Origin: Myxococcota bacterium
GTDB lineage: Bacteria > Myxococcota_A > UBA796 > CAJQPC01
Direction: 5' to 3'
Assembly: GCA_036229005.1 (NCBI GenBank)
Contig: JAZAMN010000002.1
Location: 32,001-96,000 of the forward strand
DNA length: 64,000 nucleotides
Below are positions 9,869 through 18,850 of the stretch, piece by piece. The number at the start of each line of letters is the position of its first letter. Positions within the stretch are counted from its first letter, which is position 1. The position numbers and the translations under genes were made by a program. The notes beneath the pieces were generated by a model that was not told where the DNA came from, made no database searches, and saw only the letters and a program-made list of their open reading frames with translations.

Positions 9869-11161
9869 TCAGTCCCGCTTGAGCAGGCCCTTCACCTTCG
9901 CGCTCACCCGCCAGGTGGGGCTGCCGTGGATCCGGGCGAGCTCCGAGCGCAGTCGGTTCACCTCGCTGGCGAGCTGGGTGTTGGGGTCGGTGAAGGCCGG
10001 GGTGCGCGTCGGTGAGGACACCCAGTCCGCGACGGCCCCCAGAGCCTCTTCTCCCCGATAGCGGCGGTGCAGGAAGGCCTGGGCGCGGCGGATGCGCTCG
10101 GGGTCGATGCCCTGGCGGGTCAGGCGCTGCAAGAGCTCGGCGATGGCGCCGGGGCTGCCCATCTCCAGCGGGTACAGGTGGCCCATGGCGGCCAGCTCCT
10201 GGGCGAGTTCGGTGCGCACGCTGCTGGCGATCGCCAGGCCCTGGTGGGTGGCAAAGAGCAGGCGGGTGCGGCTGCCCAAGAGGGGCTCGACGCCGGGGCG
10301 GTCCAGGCTGAGCAGCAGGTGGCAGCCCTGGACCACGGCGGGCAGCGCGGCGTTGGGGACCCAGCCATGGAACACAAAGCGGTGGGGGTGCGGGCCCGAC
10401 ATCGCGCCCTGGTGGAAGTCGGCGAACGCGCCCTCATGGTGTCCGACGACCCCGCCGCCGGTGACGTGGACCTCCAGCCCCGGGAGGCTGTCCATGGCCT
10501 GATGCAGGCCCTCCAGCAGGGTGGGCGCGTCCAGCCAGGTGTTGAAGCCGCCCGCCAGCAGCACGCGCAGGGGCTCTCCGGGCTCCAGGCCGCGGGGCTC
10601 GGCCCCTGGGAGCATGCCGAAGTCGTGGGCGACCGGCGCCAGGTGGGCCCAGGGGTAGGCCGCGGGCATCGTGGGCAGGCGCCCCATGTACCCGAGCTGC
10701 CCCAGGATCGCGGCGACCTGGGCCTTGGAGACACCCAGGAAGGCATCGCCGCGGGCCAGCACGGGCCACCACAGCGCCTGGGTCTCCAGGGTCGCCCTCC
10801 CCCCAAGCTCCGGATTCAAGCTGTCTTTTACCTGCGCCTCCGCGAAGGGGTCACCGGGCACGTCCACGAGCAGGGGCAGCGCCTCTCCTGCGCACACCGT
10901 CGCCACGGCAGCCGGCCAGTACGGCCCCGCCGAGACCACGCAGTCCGGGGACACTTCGCCTGTCCTCGCCTGGGCCAGGGGTTCCCAGTCGCTGTGGGGA
11001 TCCAGCAGGCCAGGCGTTGAGCCCACCAGCAGCGTGTCCACCGCATGCCCCCTCCCCTCCAGCACCCGCCGGATGCCGTCCACCCGGAGCTGGGGGAAGC
11101 CGGTCTGCGGCGTATCGGCGGCAGGGAGTGGCCCCTGACCGACCAGCAGGACGCGCGCCAC
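9869..11161 (-). CDS. GT-B (GT4-like) glycosyltransferase with C-terminal coiled-coil/SxTWR tail
   Basis: RVLLVG N-terminus, FHGWVP, SRTRL; tail LRSELARIHGSPTWR typical of surface-glycan proteins; directly after wzt. Confidence 0.7.
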   Translation of the reverse strand: MARVLLVGQGPLPAADTPQTGFPQLRVDGIRRVLEGRGHAVDTLLVGSTPGLLDPHSDWEPLAQARTGEVSPDCVVSAGPYWPAAVATVCAGEALPLLVDVPGDPFAEAQVKDSLNPELGGRATLETQALWWPVLARGDAFLGVSKAQVAAILGQLGYMGRLPTMPAAYPWAHLAPVAHDFGMLPGAEPRGLEPGEPLRVLLAGGFNTWLDAPTLLEGLHQAMDSLPGLEVHVTGGGVVGHHEGAFADFHQGAMSGPHPHRFVFHGWVPNAALPAVVQGCHLLLSLDRPGVEPLLGSRTRLLFATHQGLAIASSVRTELAQELAAMGHLYPLEMGSPGAIAELLQRLTRQGIDPERIRRAQAFLHRRYRGEEALGAVADWVSSPTRTPAFTDPNTQLASEVNRLRSELARIHGSPTWRVSAKVKGLLKRD

Positions 11162-12670
11162 TCAGCCCTCCTGCACGTCGGCGGCCGGGCCCTCGGCGTG
11201 GGTGATCAGGCCCCAGGAGTGCGGGATCTGCACCATGCCGTGATCTTCGACCTGCTGGGCGACCTCGAACTCGTAGAGCTGGTTGTGCCAGACGTGCGGC
11301 TTGAGGTGCCCCTTGTCGAAGATCGCGACGCTCACCCGGTAGCGCCCGGCCAGCAGCGGCAGCTCCGGGTAGTGCAGGAAGAAGGTGTAGATGCCCTCGT
11401 AGGTCCCATCCAGCACCTGGTCGAAGCGCGTGTTCGGCCCGTAGACGTAGACCCCGTCGTTGCGGTGGATGGCCACGCCCAGGATGGGCCGCTCGATGGG
11501 CTCGGTGGTCTGGAAGGTCACCGCGACGGCCAGGGGCTCTCCGCTGCGGAAGCGCTCCCGCACGTGGCCCTTGGCGTCCAGGATGCGCACCTGGAGGATG
11601 CGGGCCTCGCCGCTGCCGATCAGCACCGCCCGCTCGCCGTCGTAGTTCTCGTAGGGGGCCGTCTGCAGTGGCTGCGCCCAGCGCTGGGCCGCGTCGGGGA
11701 GCGCGCAGGCCTCCACCAGGGCCTTCCTCAGCCGCGGATCCGGGTCGTGGGCTGTGTAGCGCACCACACCCTGGCCCCCACCGCCCGGCATCGACACCGC
11801 GCTCCCCTGCTCTGCACTCCCCCCCATCGGCGAGGTCACCCTCTCGCCGACCTCCTCGTCCTGGCTGGCCGCAGGCTCGGGATCGGGGACGGCCACCGGG
11901 CGGGGTCGGCGCTGCATACCCACCAGCTCGCGGTCGACGTCCATGTACTGCTCGATCACCTCGCGGGCGGGGCCCAGGGCGCGCACCTCGCCGGAGTCCA
12001 GCCAGAGCACCGTGTCGCAGAGGGAGCGGATGGCGTGCAGGTCGTGGCTGACGAGCACGATGGTGCGGCCCTCGTGGACAAAGTCCTGGATCTTCCGCAC
12101 GCACTTGCGCTGGAAGTACTGGTCTCCGACCGCAAGCACCTCGTCCACCAGGAAGACCTCGGAGTCCATGTGCGCCGCGATCGCGAACCCCAGGCGCAAG
12201 GACATCCCGGAAGAGTAGGTTCGCACCGGGTAGTCGATGAACTCGCCCAGCTCCGCGAAGGCCACGATGTCGGCCAACCGCGCCTCGATCTGATCCCGGG
12301 ACATGCCCAGGAGCTGGCAGTTCAGGAAGACGTTCTCCCGCCCGGTGAAGTTCTGGTGGAAGCCCAGCCCCAGGTCCAGCAGCGTGGAGATGGGGGCGTT
12401 GACCTGCAGGCGACCCCGGGTGGGCTCGGAGATGCCCGCGATCAGCTTGAGCAGGGTGGACTTGCCGGCGCCGTTGGAGCCGATGACCCCGAAGCTCTGC
12501 CCCCGGGGGACGGAGAAGCTGACGTCCCGCAGGGCCCAGTGCTCCTGGTGGTGTCGCCGCCGCCCCAGGAACTCCGAGAGGCGGCTGCGGTCGTTCAGGT
12601 AGATGTCGAAGCGCTTTCCGACGCCGTGGGCCTCGATGACCGGGCGGGGGGTCGCGTCTGGCTGGGTCAT
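11162..12670 (-). CDS. wzt: Wzt-type polysaccharide ABC transporter ATPase with C-terminal carbohydrate-binding domain
   Basis: WALRDVSF, GSNGAGKST, YSSGM, VDEVLAVGD, VSHD; Wzt_C-like beta-sandwich. Confidence 0.9.
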   Translation of the reverse strand: MTQPDATPRPVIEAHGVGKRFDIYLNDRSRLSEFLGRRRHHQEHWALRDVSFSVPRGQSFGVIGSNGAGKSTLLKLIAGISEPTRGRLQVNAPISTLLDLGLGFHQNFTGRENVFLNCQLLGMSRDQIEARLADIVAFAELGEFIDYPVRTYSSGMSLRLGFAIAAHMDSEVFLVDEVLAVGDQYFQRKCVRKIQDFVHEGRTIVLVSHDLHAIRSLCDTVLWLDSGEVRALGPAREVIEQYMDVDRELVGMQRRPRPVAVPDPEPAASQDEEVGERVTSPMGGSAEQGSAVSMPGGGGQGVVRYTAHDPDPRLRKALVEACALPDAAQRWAQPLQTAPYENYDGERAVLIGSGEARILQVRILDAKGHVRERFRSGEPLAVAVTFQTTEPIERPILGVAIHRNDGVYVYGPNTRFDQVLDGTYEGIYTFFLHYPELPLLAGRYRVSVAIFDKGHLKPHVWHNQLYEFEVAQQVEDHGMVQIPHSWGLITHAEGPAADVQEG

Positions 12671-12727
12671 GGGGGCCTCGCCCCGCACTCTATCGCGGTA
12701 CACTGAATGCCTGGAAGGCGACACACC

Positions 12728-13300
12728 ATGTGGCTGATGCTCCTGGCCTGCTCCTCGCGCGACAAGGTCCCCATCTTCACGGAGGGGGGCTGTGATGGCT
12801 GCGCGGCGAGCCGCTACACGACGGTCGAGTCCGTGATCGACGGCGACACCGTGCAGTTCTCCGGCGACGAGGAGACCACCCGCCTGCTCGGCGTCGACAC
12901 CCCCGAGGTGTACACCGACGGCGCCCCCGCCGACTGCTACGGCCTGGACGCCAGCGATTTCACCAAGCGCCGCCTCCCCGCCGGGCTGGTCGTCGAGCTG
13001 CAGTACGACGTGGACACCACCGACGTGGTGGGCCGGAACCTGGCCTACGTGGTCTATTGGCCCGACATGGAGGACGAGGACCTGGACGACATCGAGGACA
13101 TGGACGCCGGAGAGCTGGAGGACGCCTTCGGCGACCCGGTGATGCTCAACATCGAGCTGCTGGAGCGCGGCTACGCGCGCATCCCCGACGACGACGACTA
13201 CATCAGCGGGCTGCGCTACGAAGAGAGCCTGCGAGCCGCGGAGCAGCGCGCCATCGAGAGCGGCGCCGGCCTCTGGGGCGAATGCGAGGAGCAAGGATGA
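12728..13300 (+). CDS. Thermonuclease (SNase-like) lipoprotein
   Basis: VIDGDT, RLLGVDTPE, GRNLAYV, LLERGYAR, GLW; MWLMLLAC lipobox. Confidence 0.9.
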   Translation: MWLMLLACSSRDKVPIFTEGGCDGCAASRYTTVESVIDGDTVQFSGDEETTRLLGVDTPEVYTDGAPADCYGLDASDFTKRRLPAGLVVELQYDVDTTDVVGRNLAYVVYWPDMEDEDLDDIEDMDAGELEDAFGDPVMLNIELLERGYARIPDDDDYISGLRYEESLRAAEQRAIESGAGLWGECEEQG

Positions 13301-14355
13301 AGAGACCGAGCGAGCCGGGCACCCCCGGCCTCCTGAGCGCCCTGGAGGCGGTCTCCGCCTGGCGTGAGGCCCAGGAGGAGGAAGCCGCCACCCAACTCGC
13401 CGAGGTCGACGCCGAGGAGGCGCGCCTGCGCGAGGCCATCGCCGAGCTCCAGAGCCAGATCGCCGGCCTCGAGCCCCTGCGCGAGAACGTCCGCAAGCGC
13501 AGCGCGAACCTGGACCTCAAGGAGCTCCACCGCTCCCACCAGGCCCTGCTGGACAGCATGACCGCCGACCGGGACCTGCTCGCGGACCGCAGCGCGCGCC
13601 TGCAGGAGAGCACCCAGGCCGACCGGGAGCGCGCCAAGGCGATGCTGAGCGACGCCGAGCTGGCCGAGGTGGTCAAGGAGTACGAGGGCTTCGCCGAGGT
13701 CCAGAAGGGCCTGGCCGCCCTACCCCCCAGCTACCGCAAGGCGATCGAGGACCACCACAACGCGGTCAAGCGCCGCCTGCAGCCCATCCTGGAGCTGCTG
13801 GATGGGAGCGCGCGCCCCCTGGATGAGCGGACGGAGGCGATCTCCCTGGTGGCTTCGGTGGATCCCGTAGAGGGACCTCCCCAGGCCCTGGCGCTCGTGC
13901 TCCCCGTCGACGCGGAGCTCTACTACGAGTGGTCGGCGGAGTCCGACGATCTCTGCGCCCACCTGGCCTACCGGGTGGTGGCGGCCGTCAACTCCCTGGC
14001 CGCCCGCATCGGCGCGCCCGACGCCCCCATCGCCTTCACGAGCCTCAACGGCCTGCTGACCATCCAGCTCTGGCTGGGGGACCACGACATCCAGGCCGAC
14101 CTGCGCGAGGTCGCCACGGGCGTGCTCGACGTGACCAGCGGCGCCCCGGAGCTGGAGGCCGCCAAGCTGGAGGTCTACGCCCTCTGGCTCCCCCCCGAGG
14201 TGCTCTCGCCGCCCGAAGCCGAGGACACCGACCTGGAGCAGGAGCTGTCTCTGGGTGTGGAGAGCGCCCTGCCCGAAGACAGCGTGGACGAGGTCCTGCT
14301 CTCGGACGACCGCGTCCCCGGCGATGACGACCCCGTTCCCGGCGCGGAGGACTGA
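13297..14355 (+). CDS. Hypothetical coiled-coil protein (352 aa)
   Basis: ATGA overlap with nuclease gene; heptad-rich N-half, alpha/beta C-half, acidic tail. Confidence 0.8.
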   Translation: MKRPSEPGTPGLLSALEAVSAWREAQEEEAATQLAEVDAEEARLREAIAELQSQIAGLEPLRENVRKRSANLDLKELHRSHQALLDSMTADRDLLADRSARLQESTQADRERAKAMLSDAELAEVVKEYEGFAEVQKGLAALPPSYRKAIEDHHNAVKRRLQPILELLDGSARPLDERTEAISLVASVDPVEGPPQALALVLPVDAELYYEWSAESDDLCAHLAYRVVAAVNSLAARIGAPDAPIAFTSLNGLLTIQLWLGDHDIQADLREVATGVLDVTSGAPELEAAKLEVYALWLPPEVLSPPEAEDTDLEQELSLGVESALPEDSVDEVLLSDDRVPGDDDPVPGAED

Positions 14356-14852
14356 TGAGCACCCTGGACAACCTCACCCGCCTGTCCCTCGCGGAGACCG
14401 CGACCCAGCTCGCGCTCCACCCCTTCGATCTTGTGCGCGCGCTGGTGCACCTGAACGCCCTGCCCGATGACCTCCGCTTCGACCGCGATGCCGTCGACGG
14501 CCTGCGCCAGCGGATCGGCCTGCAGACCTGGTTCCCCGAGGGCCGTCAGAGCCCGGCGACCCCCAAGGGCCTGCTCCAGGATCTGTCCCACCAGCTCGTC
14601 ACGCGGGGCGTCGTCGGCGAAACCGGGACCCGCCTGGACAACCTCAGCCGCGGCCTGGACGAGGCCGAGAAGGAGCAGGCCATGGCGCTCGTTCGCGGCC
14701 TGCACGCCGCGGGGGTTGTGCAGACCTGGACCGAGCCCAGCGGCCTGATGATCTCCGTGGTCGAAGGCAAGGAATATGTCGTCGCCGACCTGGCCGAGGG
14801 CGGCGATGCGCCCGACGGGGTGTTGGAGAGCCTCTCGCCGGTGCTAGACTGA
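14355..14852 (+). CDS. Hypothetical protein (165 aa)
   Basis: TGATG coupling to upstream gene; GC3 bias. Confidence 0.75.
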   Translation: MSTLDNLTRLSLAETATQLALHPFDLVRALVHLNALPDDLRFDRDAVDGLRQRIGLQTWFPEGRQSPATPKGLLQDLSHQLVTRGVVGETGTRLDNLSRGLDEAEKEQAMALVRGLHAAGVVQTWTEPSGLMISVVEGKEYVVADLAEGGDAPDGVLESLSPVLD

Positions 14853-14858
14853 CCGCAG

Positions 14859-16562
14859 ATGGCGGAAGACAAGAACAAGATCAAGCGCTCCTCCGGCGGC
14901 GGGCTCTTCTCCGGCCCCGCCGACCCCTTCGGCGCTGGGCTGGGGCGGGGCAAGCGCCCGGGTCGCCCCAAGAAGGCGTCCAAGCCGCCCAGCCGCACCT
15001 CGTCGATGCCACCTGCTGCAAAGAAGGCCGAGCCCCCCAAGCCGGCCCCGGCGGTGGATCCAGTCGTGGAGTCCGCTCCACAAGCCCCCTCGGTCCCCGA
15101 GCCTGAGCAGGCCACCGCCCCCGCGCCCCCCAAGCCGACCGCCCCGCGCCCCGGCGGCATCCCCCTGGGTGGACAGAGCGCGCCCGCAAAGCCTGAGCTC
15201 TCTCAGCTCCCCGCCAGCATGCGCCTGCGCATCGCCAAGGCCGAGCACGAGAAGGAGATGGTGCGCCGCACGCAGGAGCAGGAGCCCAAGCCGGCGGTGG
15301 AGCTCGCGCCCGCGGACACGGATGAGACGCCGCTGCCCTCTGACGGGAGGCGGATCACGCTCCCGCCCGTCTCCGAGCGGGGGGCTGCACCCTCTGGAGA
15401 CACTGGGCAGAGCGAGAGCTTCGATCTCCTGGGTGACGACGAGGACTTCGGTGCGCCGGGTGGCTTGATGGACCTGGTCCAGGACGAGCCCTCCGAGCAC
15501 ATGGCCCCCGAAGAGCCGGAGTTCCCGGAGTCTCCGGGCCGCGTGGTCGCCTCCCTGGAGATCCACGACGCGCTGCGCGCCCACTCCCACTCCGACCGCT
15601 CCAGCCTGGAGGAGGTCGACGCGAGCGCCTGGGCCGACCCCCAGACGGACCACGACGCGCTGTTCGACATCAGCGCCCGCGCCCGCAACGAAGAGGACGT
15701 GCTGGACCCGCCCTCGGACGTGATGACCGACCTGGGCGACCTGCCTCGCGGCGGCCCCGTGGTGGTGCGCAAGGGCAAGGGCGCCGACTTCAAGCGGGTC
15801 TCTCCCCGCCCCATGGTCGAAGACTCGGGGGTCTGGAAGCCGGAGCCGATCACGCCCGCGGCCCCGGAGCCCTCAAGCCCCAGGCAGAGCGCAGCGTGGT
15901 GGGAGAAGAAGGAGCCTGCCGCCCCCGCCAGCGAGCCCCTGAGCCAGCGCATCGCCCCTCTGCCCGAGCCCGCTCCGGCCGCGCCCAAGCGCCCCGCGCC
16001 CCCCAGCTTTGTGGGCAAGACCCGCCAGGAGCGGGAGGCCACCCAGCGCCGCAAGGTCGCCATGTTCGGCGGCATCGGCGCCCTGCTCGTGCTCGCCCTG
16101 GTCGGCGTGATCGTGTGGATGAGCCAGACCCCCGGCTCCGAGACCCCGGTCCACACCCCGGCCAAGGTCGCCCCCAGCGCCGGCGACCTGCCGCCCCCCA
16201 CGACGGCGCCCTTGAGCACCACGCCGCCGCCCATCGAGCCGCTGCCCGACCCCATCCCCGAGCCGGACCCGCTCCCCGAGGCCCTGCCGGAGCCTCCCCT
16301 GCCCGAGCCCGTGGAGCCCACCCAGCCCGTGGTCGAGCAGCCCAGCCTGAACGCCGCCGAGCCCGGCTTCCTGAACATCCGGGCCGAGCCGCGCGCGGTG
16401 ATCTTCCTGGGCCGCAAGAACCTTGGGGAGACCCCCATCGAGCGCCTGGAGCTCGAGCCGGGCAGTTACACCCTCAAGGCGGTGGCTCCGGGCAAGCGCG
16501 CCAAGACCCGGACCGTCCGGGTGGACTCCGGGCGCGCCCAGCAGATCGTCTTCCGCTGGTAG
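14859..16562 (+). CDS. Pro-rich single-pass membrane protein with C-terminal PEGA-like domain
   Basis: Long disordered N-part, RRK+TM, GFLNIRAEPRAVIFLG..LGETPI..LEPGSYTL. Confidence 0.8.
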   Translation: MAEDKNKIKRSSGGGLFSGPADPFGAGLGRGKRPGRPKKASKPPSRTSSMPPAAKKAEPPKPAPAVDPVVESAPQAPSVPEPEQATAPAPPKPTAPRPGGIPLGGQSAPAKPELSQLPASMRLRIAKAEHEKEMVRRTQEQEPKPAVELAPADTDETPLPSDGRRITLPPVSERGAAPSGDTGQSESFDLLGDDEDFGAPGGLMDLVQDEPSEHMAPEEPEFPESPGRVVASLEIHDALRAHSHSDRSSLEEVDASAWADPQTDHDALFDISARARNEEDVLDPPSDVMTDLGDLPRGGPVVVRKGKGADFKRVSPRPMVEDSGVWKPEPITPAAPEPSSPRQSAAWWEKKEPAAPASEPLSQRIAPLPEPAPAAPKRPAPPSFVGKTRQEREATQRRKVAMFGGIGALLVLALVGVIVWMSQTPGSETPVHTPAKVAPSAGDLPPPTTAPLSTTPPPIEPLPDPIPEPDPLPEALPEPPLPEPVEPTQPVVEQPSLNAAEPGFLNIRAEPRAVIFLGRKNLGETPIERLELEPGSYTLKAVAPGKRAKTRTVRVDSGRAQQIVFRW

Positions 16563-16578
16563 CCCGGCCGCTCCCCGC

Positions 16579-17235
16579 TCAGCCGCGGCTGCCGAAGATG
16601 GCGCTGCCCACCCGCACGTAGGTCGCGCCGTGGGCGATGGCCTCGCGGTAGTCGGCGCTCATGCCCATGGAGAGCTCGGTCAACGGGAGCCCCTGGGCCC
16701 TTCCCGCGGCGGCCAGCTCAGCGAGCTGCTGGAACCACTGGCCCTGCCCCGGAGGCGGGATGCACATCAGCCCGCGCAGCTCGACGCCGGGCAGCTCCAT
16801 GAGCTGGGTGCACAGCGCCAGCGCCTCGGAGGCGGGGACGCCAGACTTGGACTGCTCGTCGCCCAGGTTCACGGAGACCAGGATGGGCTGCCGGCCCGAG
16901 GCCCGCTTGGAGATCTCCTGGCCCAGGCGCAGCGAGTCCACCGCGTGGATCAGCGCGGCCTTGTTGACCACGTACTTGACCTTGTTCCGCTGCAGGCCGC
17001 CGATGAAGTGCCACTCCACCGGCTCCCCCGCCATCTGCTCGGCCTTGTCGCGCAGCTCCTGGGCGTAGTTCTCGCCCAGCTCCCGCTGCCCGGCGGCCAG
17101 GGCCTCCCGCAGGTCCGACACGGGCTTGGTCTTGCTCACGGCGATCAGCCGCACGCTCTCCGGGTCCCGCCCGGCGGCCAGGGCGGCCTCCCGGATCTGC
17201 TGCTTCACCTGCGCCAGGTTCTCGGCGATGCTCAC
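16579..17235 (-). CDS. yggS: YggS PLP-homeostasis protein
   Basis: LIAVSKTKP, GENYAQE, WHFIG.LQRNK, LSMGMSADY, VRVGSAIFG. Confidence 0.95.
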   Translation of the reverse strand: MSIAENLAQVKQQIREAALAAGRDPESVRLIAVSKTKPVSDLREALAAGQRELGENYAQELRDKAEQMAGEPVEWHFIGGLQRNKVKYVVNKAALIHAVDSLRLGQEISKRASGRQPILVSVNLGDEQSKSGVPASEALALCTQLMELPGVELRGLMCIPPPGQGQWFQQLAELAAAGRAQGLPLTELSMGMSADYREAIAHGATYVRVGSAIFGSRG

Positions 17236-17801
17236 TTGGAAAGCTCCGGGGAGAAAGGGGCTGGGGCCCCCAGAGACGCCAGGTCGCTCAACACCTCCGC
17301 CAGCGGGAGGCCGACCACGTTGGAATAGCTGCCCTCGATCGAGGACACCAGGAAGCCGCCGATGCCCTGGATCCCGTAGGCGCCGGCCTTGTCCATGGGC
17401 TCACCGGTGGCCACGTAGCCGCGCACCTCCTGCTCGGTCAGAGAGCGGAAGCGCACGCGCGTGGTGGTGACCCGGAGCCGCTGCTGATCCCCCCACCGCA
17501 CGCAGCTCCCGGTGCTGACCTGGTGGACCCCGCCGGAGAGCCCCAGCAGGATCTGGACGGCGTCCTCGACGCCCTCGGGCTTGTGGAAGATGGCGCCGTC
17601 GCGGTGGACCACAGTGTCTGCAGCGACCACCAGGCCGTCCGCGGTGAGCGCCTTCTCGTGGGCCATGCGCTCGGCGTAGGCCAGCGGGTCCTCGCCGGCA
17701 CGCGGGGTCTCGTCGATGTCGGCCGGCAGGATGCGCAGGCGGTATCCCAACTGCTCCAGGAGCAGACGGCGGCGGGGGCTGCCGGATGCGAGGGTCAACA
17801 T
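17232..17801 (-). CDS. maf: Maf nucleotide pyrophosphatase
   Basis: LASGSPRR, DIDETP, AADTVV, DKAGAYGIQG, NVVGLP. Confidence 0.95.
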   Translation of the reverse strand: MLTLASGSPRRRLLLEQLGYRLRILPADIDETPRAGEDPLAYAERMAHEKALTADGLVVAADTVVHRDGAIFHKPEGVEDAVQILLGLSGGVHQVSTGSCVRWGDQQRLRVTTTRVRFRSLTEQEVRGYVATGEPMDKAGAYGIQGIGGFLVSSIEGSYSNVVGLPLAEVLSDLASLGAPAPFSPELSK

Positions 17802-18277
17802 CACCGCTCCTTCCTCCGCTGCTCCCGGACCTTCAGGCGGTGGTCCCGCCGGGCCTGGGCCTCCTGCGCGCGGCGCTCCCACTGGGGGTCCCCGCTGGTC
17901 TCCAGGGTGGGCACGCGGTTGGGGTGGCCCTCGGCGTCCAGGCTCACGAAGGTCAGGTACGCGCTGCAGCAGTGCTGACGGCGGCCGGTGATCGGGTGCT
18001 CGGCCTCGATGCGCACGCCGACCTCCATCGACGAGCCCCAGGCGCGGTTGACCATGGAGTTCAGCTCCAGGACCATGCCCTGCTTGACCGGCTTGAGGAA
18101 GTGCAGCTCGTCGATGGACACGGTCACGACGCCGCTGCGGGCGAAGCGCTGGGCCGAGATGGCCGCGCAGATGTCGGCCCAGGCGGCGATCTGTCCGCCG
18201 AACACGGTCCCGTGGTTGTTGGTGAACTGCGGCAGCACCATCTGGGTCATGGTGGTGGTGGTCTCTTCGGGCGTCAC
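17801..18277 (-). CDS. Acyl-CoA thioesterase (hotdog fold)
   Basis: VLPQFTNNHGTVFGG, VVTVSID, SSMEVGV, AYLTFVSLD. Confidence 0.92.
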   Translation of the reverse strand: MTPEETTTTMTQMVLPQFTNNHGTVFGGQIAAWADICAAISAQRFARSGVVTVSIDELHFLKPVKQGMVLELNSMVNRAWGSSMEVGVRIEAEHPITGRRQHCCSAYLTFVSLDAEGHPNRVPTLETSGDPQWERRAQEAQARRDHRLKVREQRRKER

Positions 18278-18849
18278 GGCGCCTCCAGCAGGCTCTCGGC
18301 CCAGAAGCCCTCGGGGAGCTCCCGGATGATGGGGATCGCGTTGGGGACCTGGACGTCTCGGATTGCATCGGGGGCCAGGCCATCGGTGCGGCGCAGGATC
18401 ACCCGGATCACGCCGCCATGGGCGACCACGAGCACATCTCCGGAGCCAGCCTCCAGCCCGGCCAGCGTGGGGATCACCCGACGATCCAGGTCGGCGTAGC
18501 TCTCCCCGCCGGGGGCCTTGCCCTCCCAGGTCCGCATGGCGTCGAACGCTCCCGAGGCCCGCAGCGGCGCCTTGAGATGCCGCGCCCACTCGCCCATGCT
18601 GCGCTCTCCCAGCTCCCGGTGGATCCGGGGGGTCAAGGGGCGGGGGCCTACAGCGATACGGGCCGTCTCCACCGCCCGGCTCAGATCCGAGCAGAGCACC
18701 GCAGCGATCTGGGCCCCAGCGAGGTCACGCGCAGCCTGTCGGGCCTGGTCCCGCCCCCGCTCGGTGAGGGGGGTGTCGACCTGGCCCGACAGCCAGCCTT
18801 CGGCGTTGGCCACGGACTCGCCGTGGCGCAGGAAGATCCAGCGGCGCAT
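18274..18849 (-). CDS. Histidine phosphatase (PGAM family)
   Basis: RHGES, SDLSRAVETA, LGERSMGEW, VAHGGVIR. Confidence 0.92.
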   Translation of the reverse strand: MRRWIFLRHGESVANAEGWLSGQVDTPLTERGRDQARQAARDLAGAQIAAVLCSDLSRAVETARIAVGPRPLTPRIHRELGERSMGEWARHLKAPLRASGAFDAMRTWEGKAPGGESYADLDRRVIPTLAGLEAGSGDVLVVAHGGVIRVILRRTDGLAPDAIRDVQVPNAIPIIRELPEGFWAESLLEAP

Positions 18850-18850
18850 C

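Noticed and set aside
12671..13294. N-terminal extension of wzt in the ORF track (similar extensions for maf, thioesterase, TBDR, PmbA)
   Set aside because: Overlaps real neighbouring genes; internal starts with SD or stop-start coupling fit better
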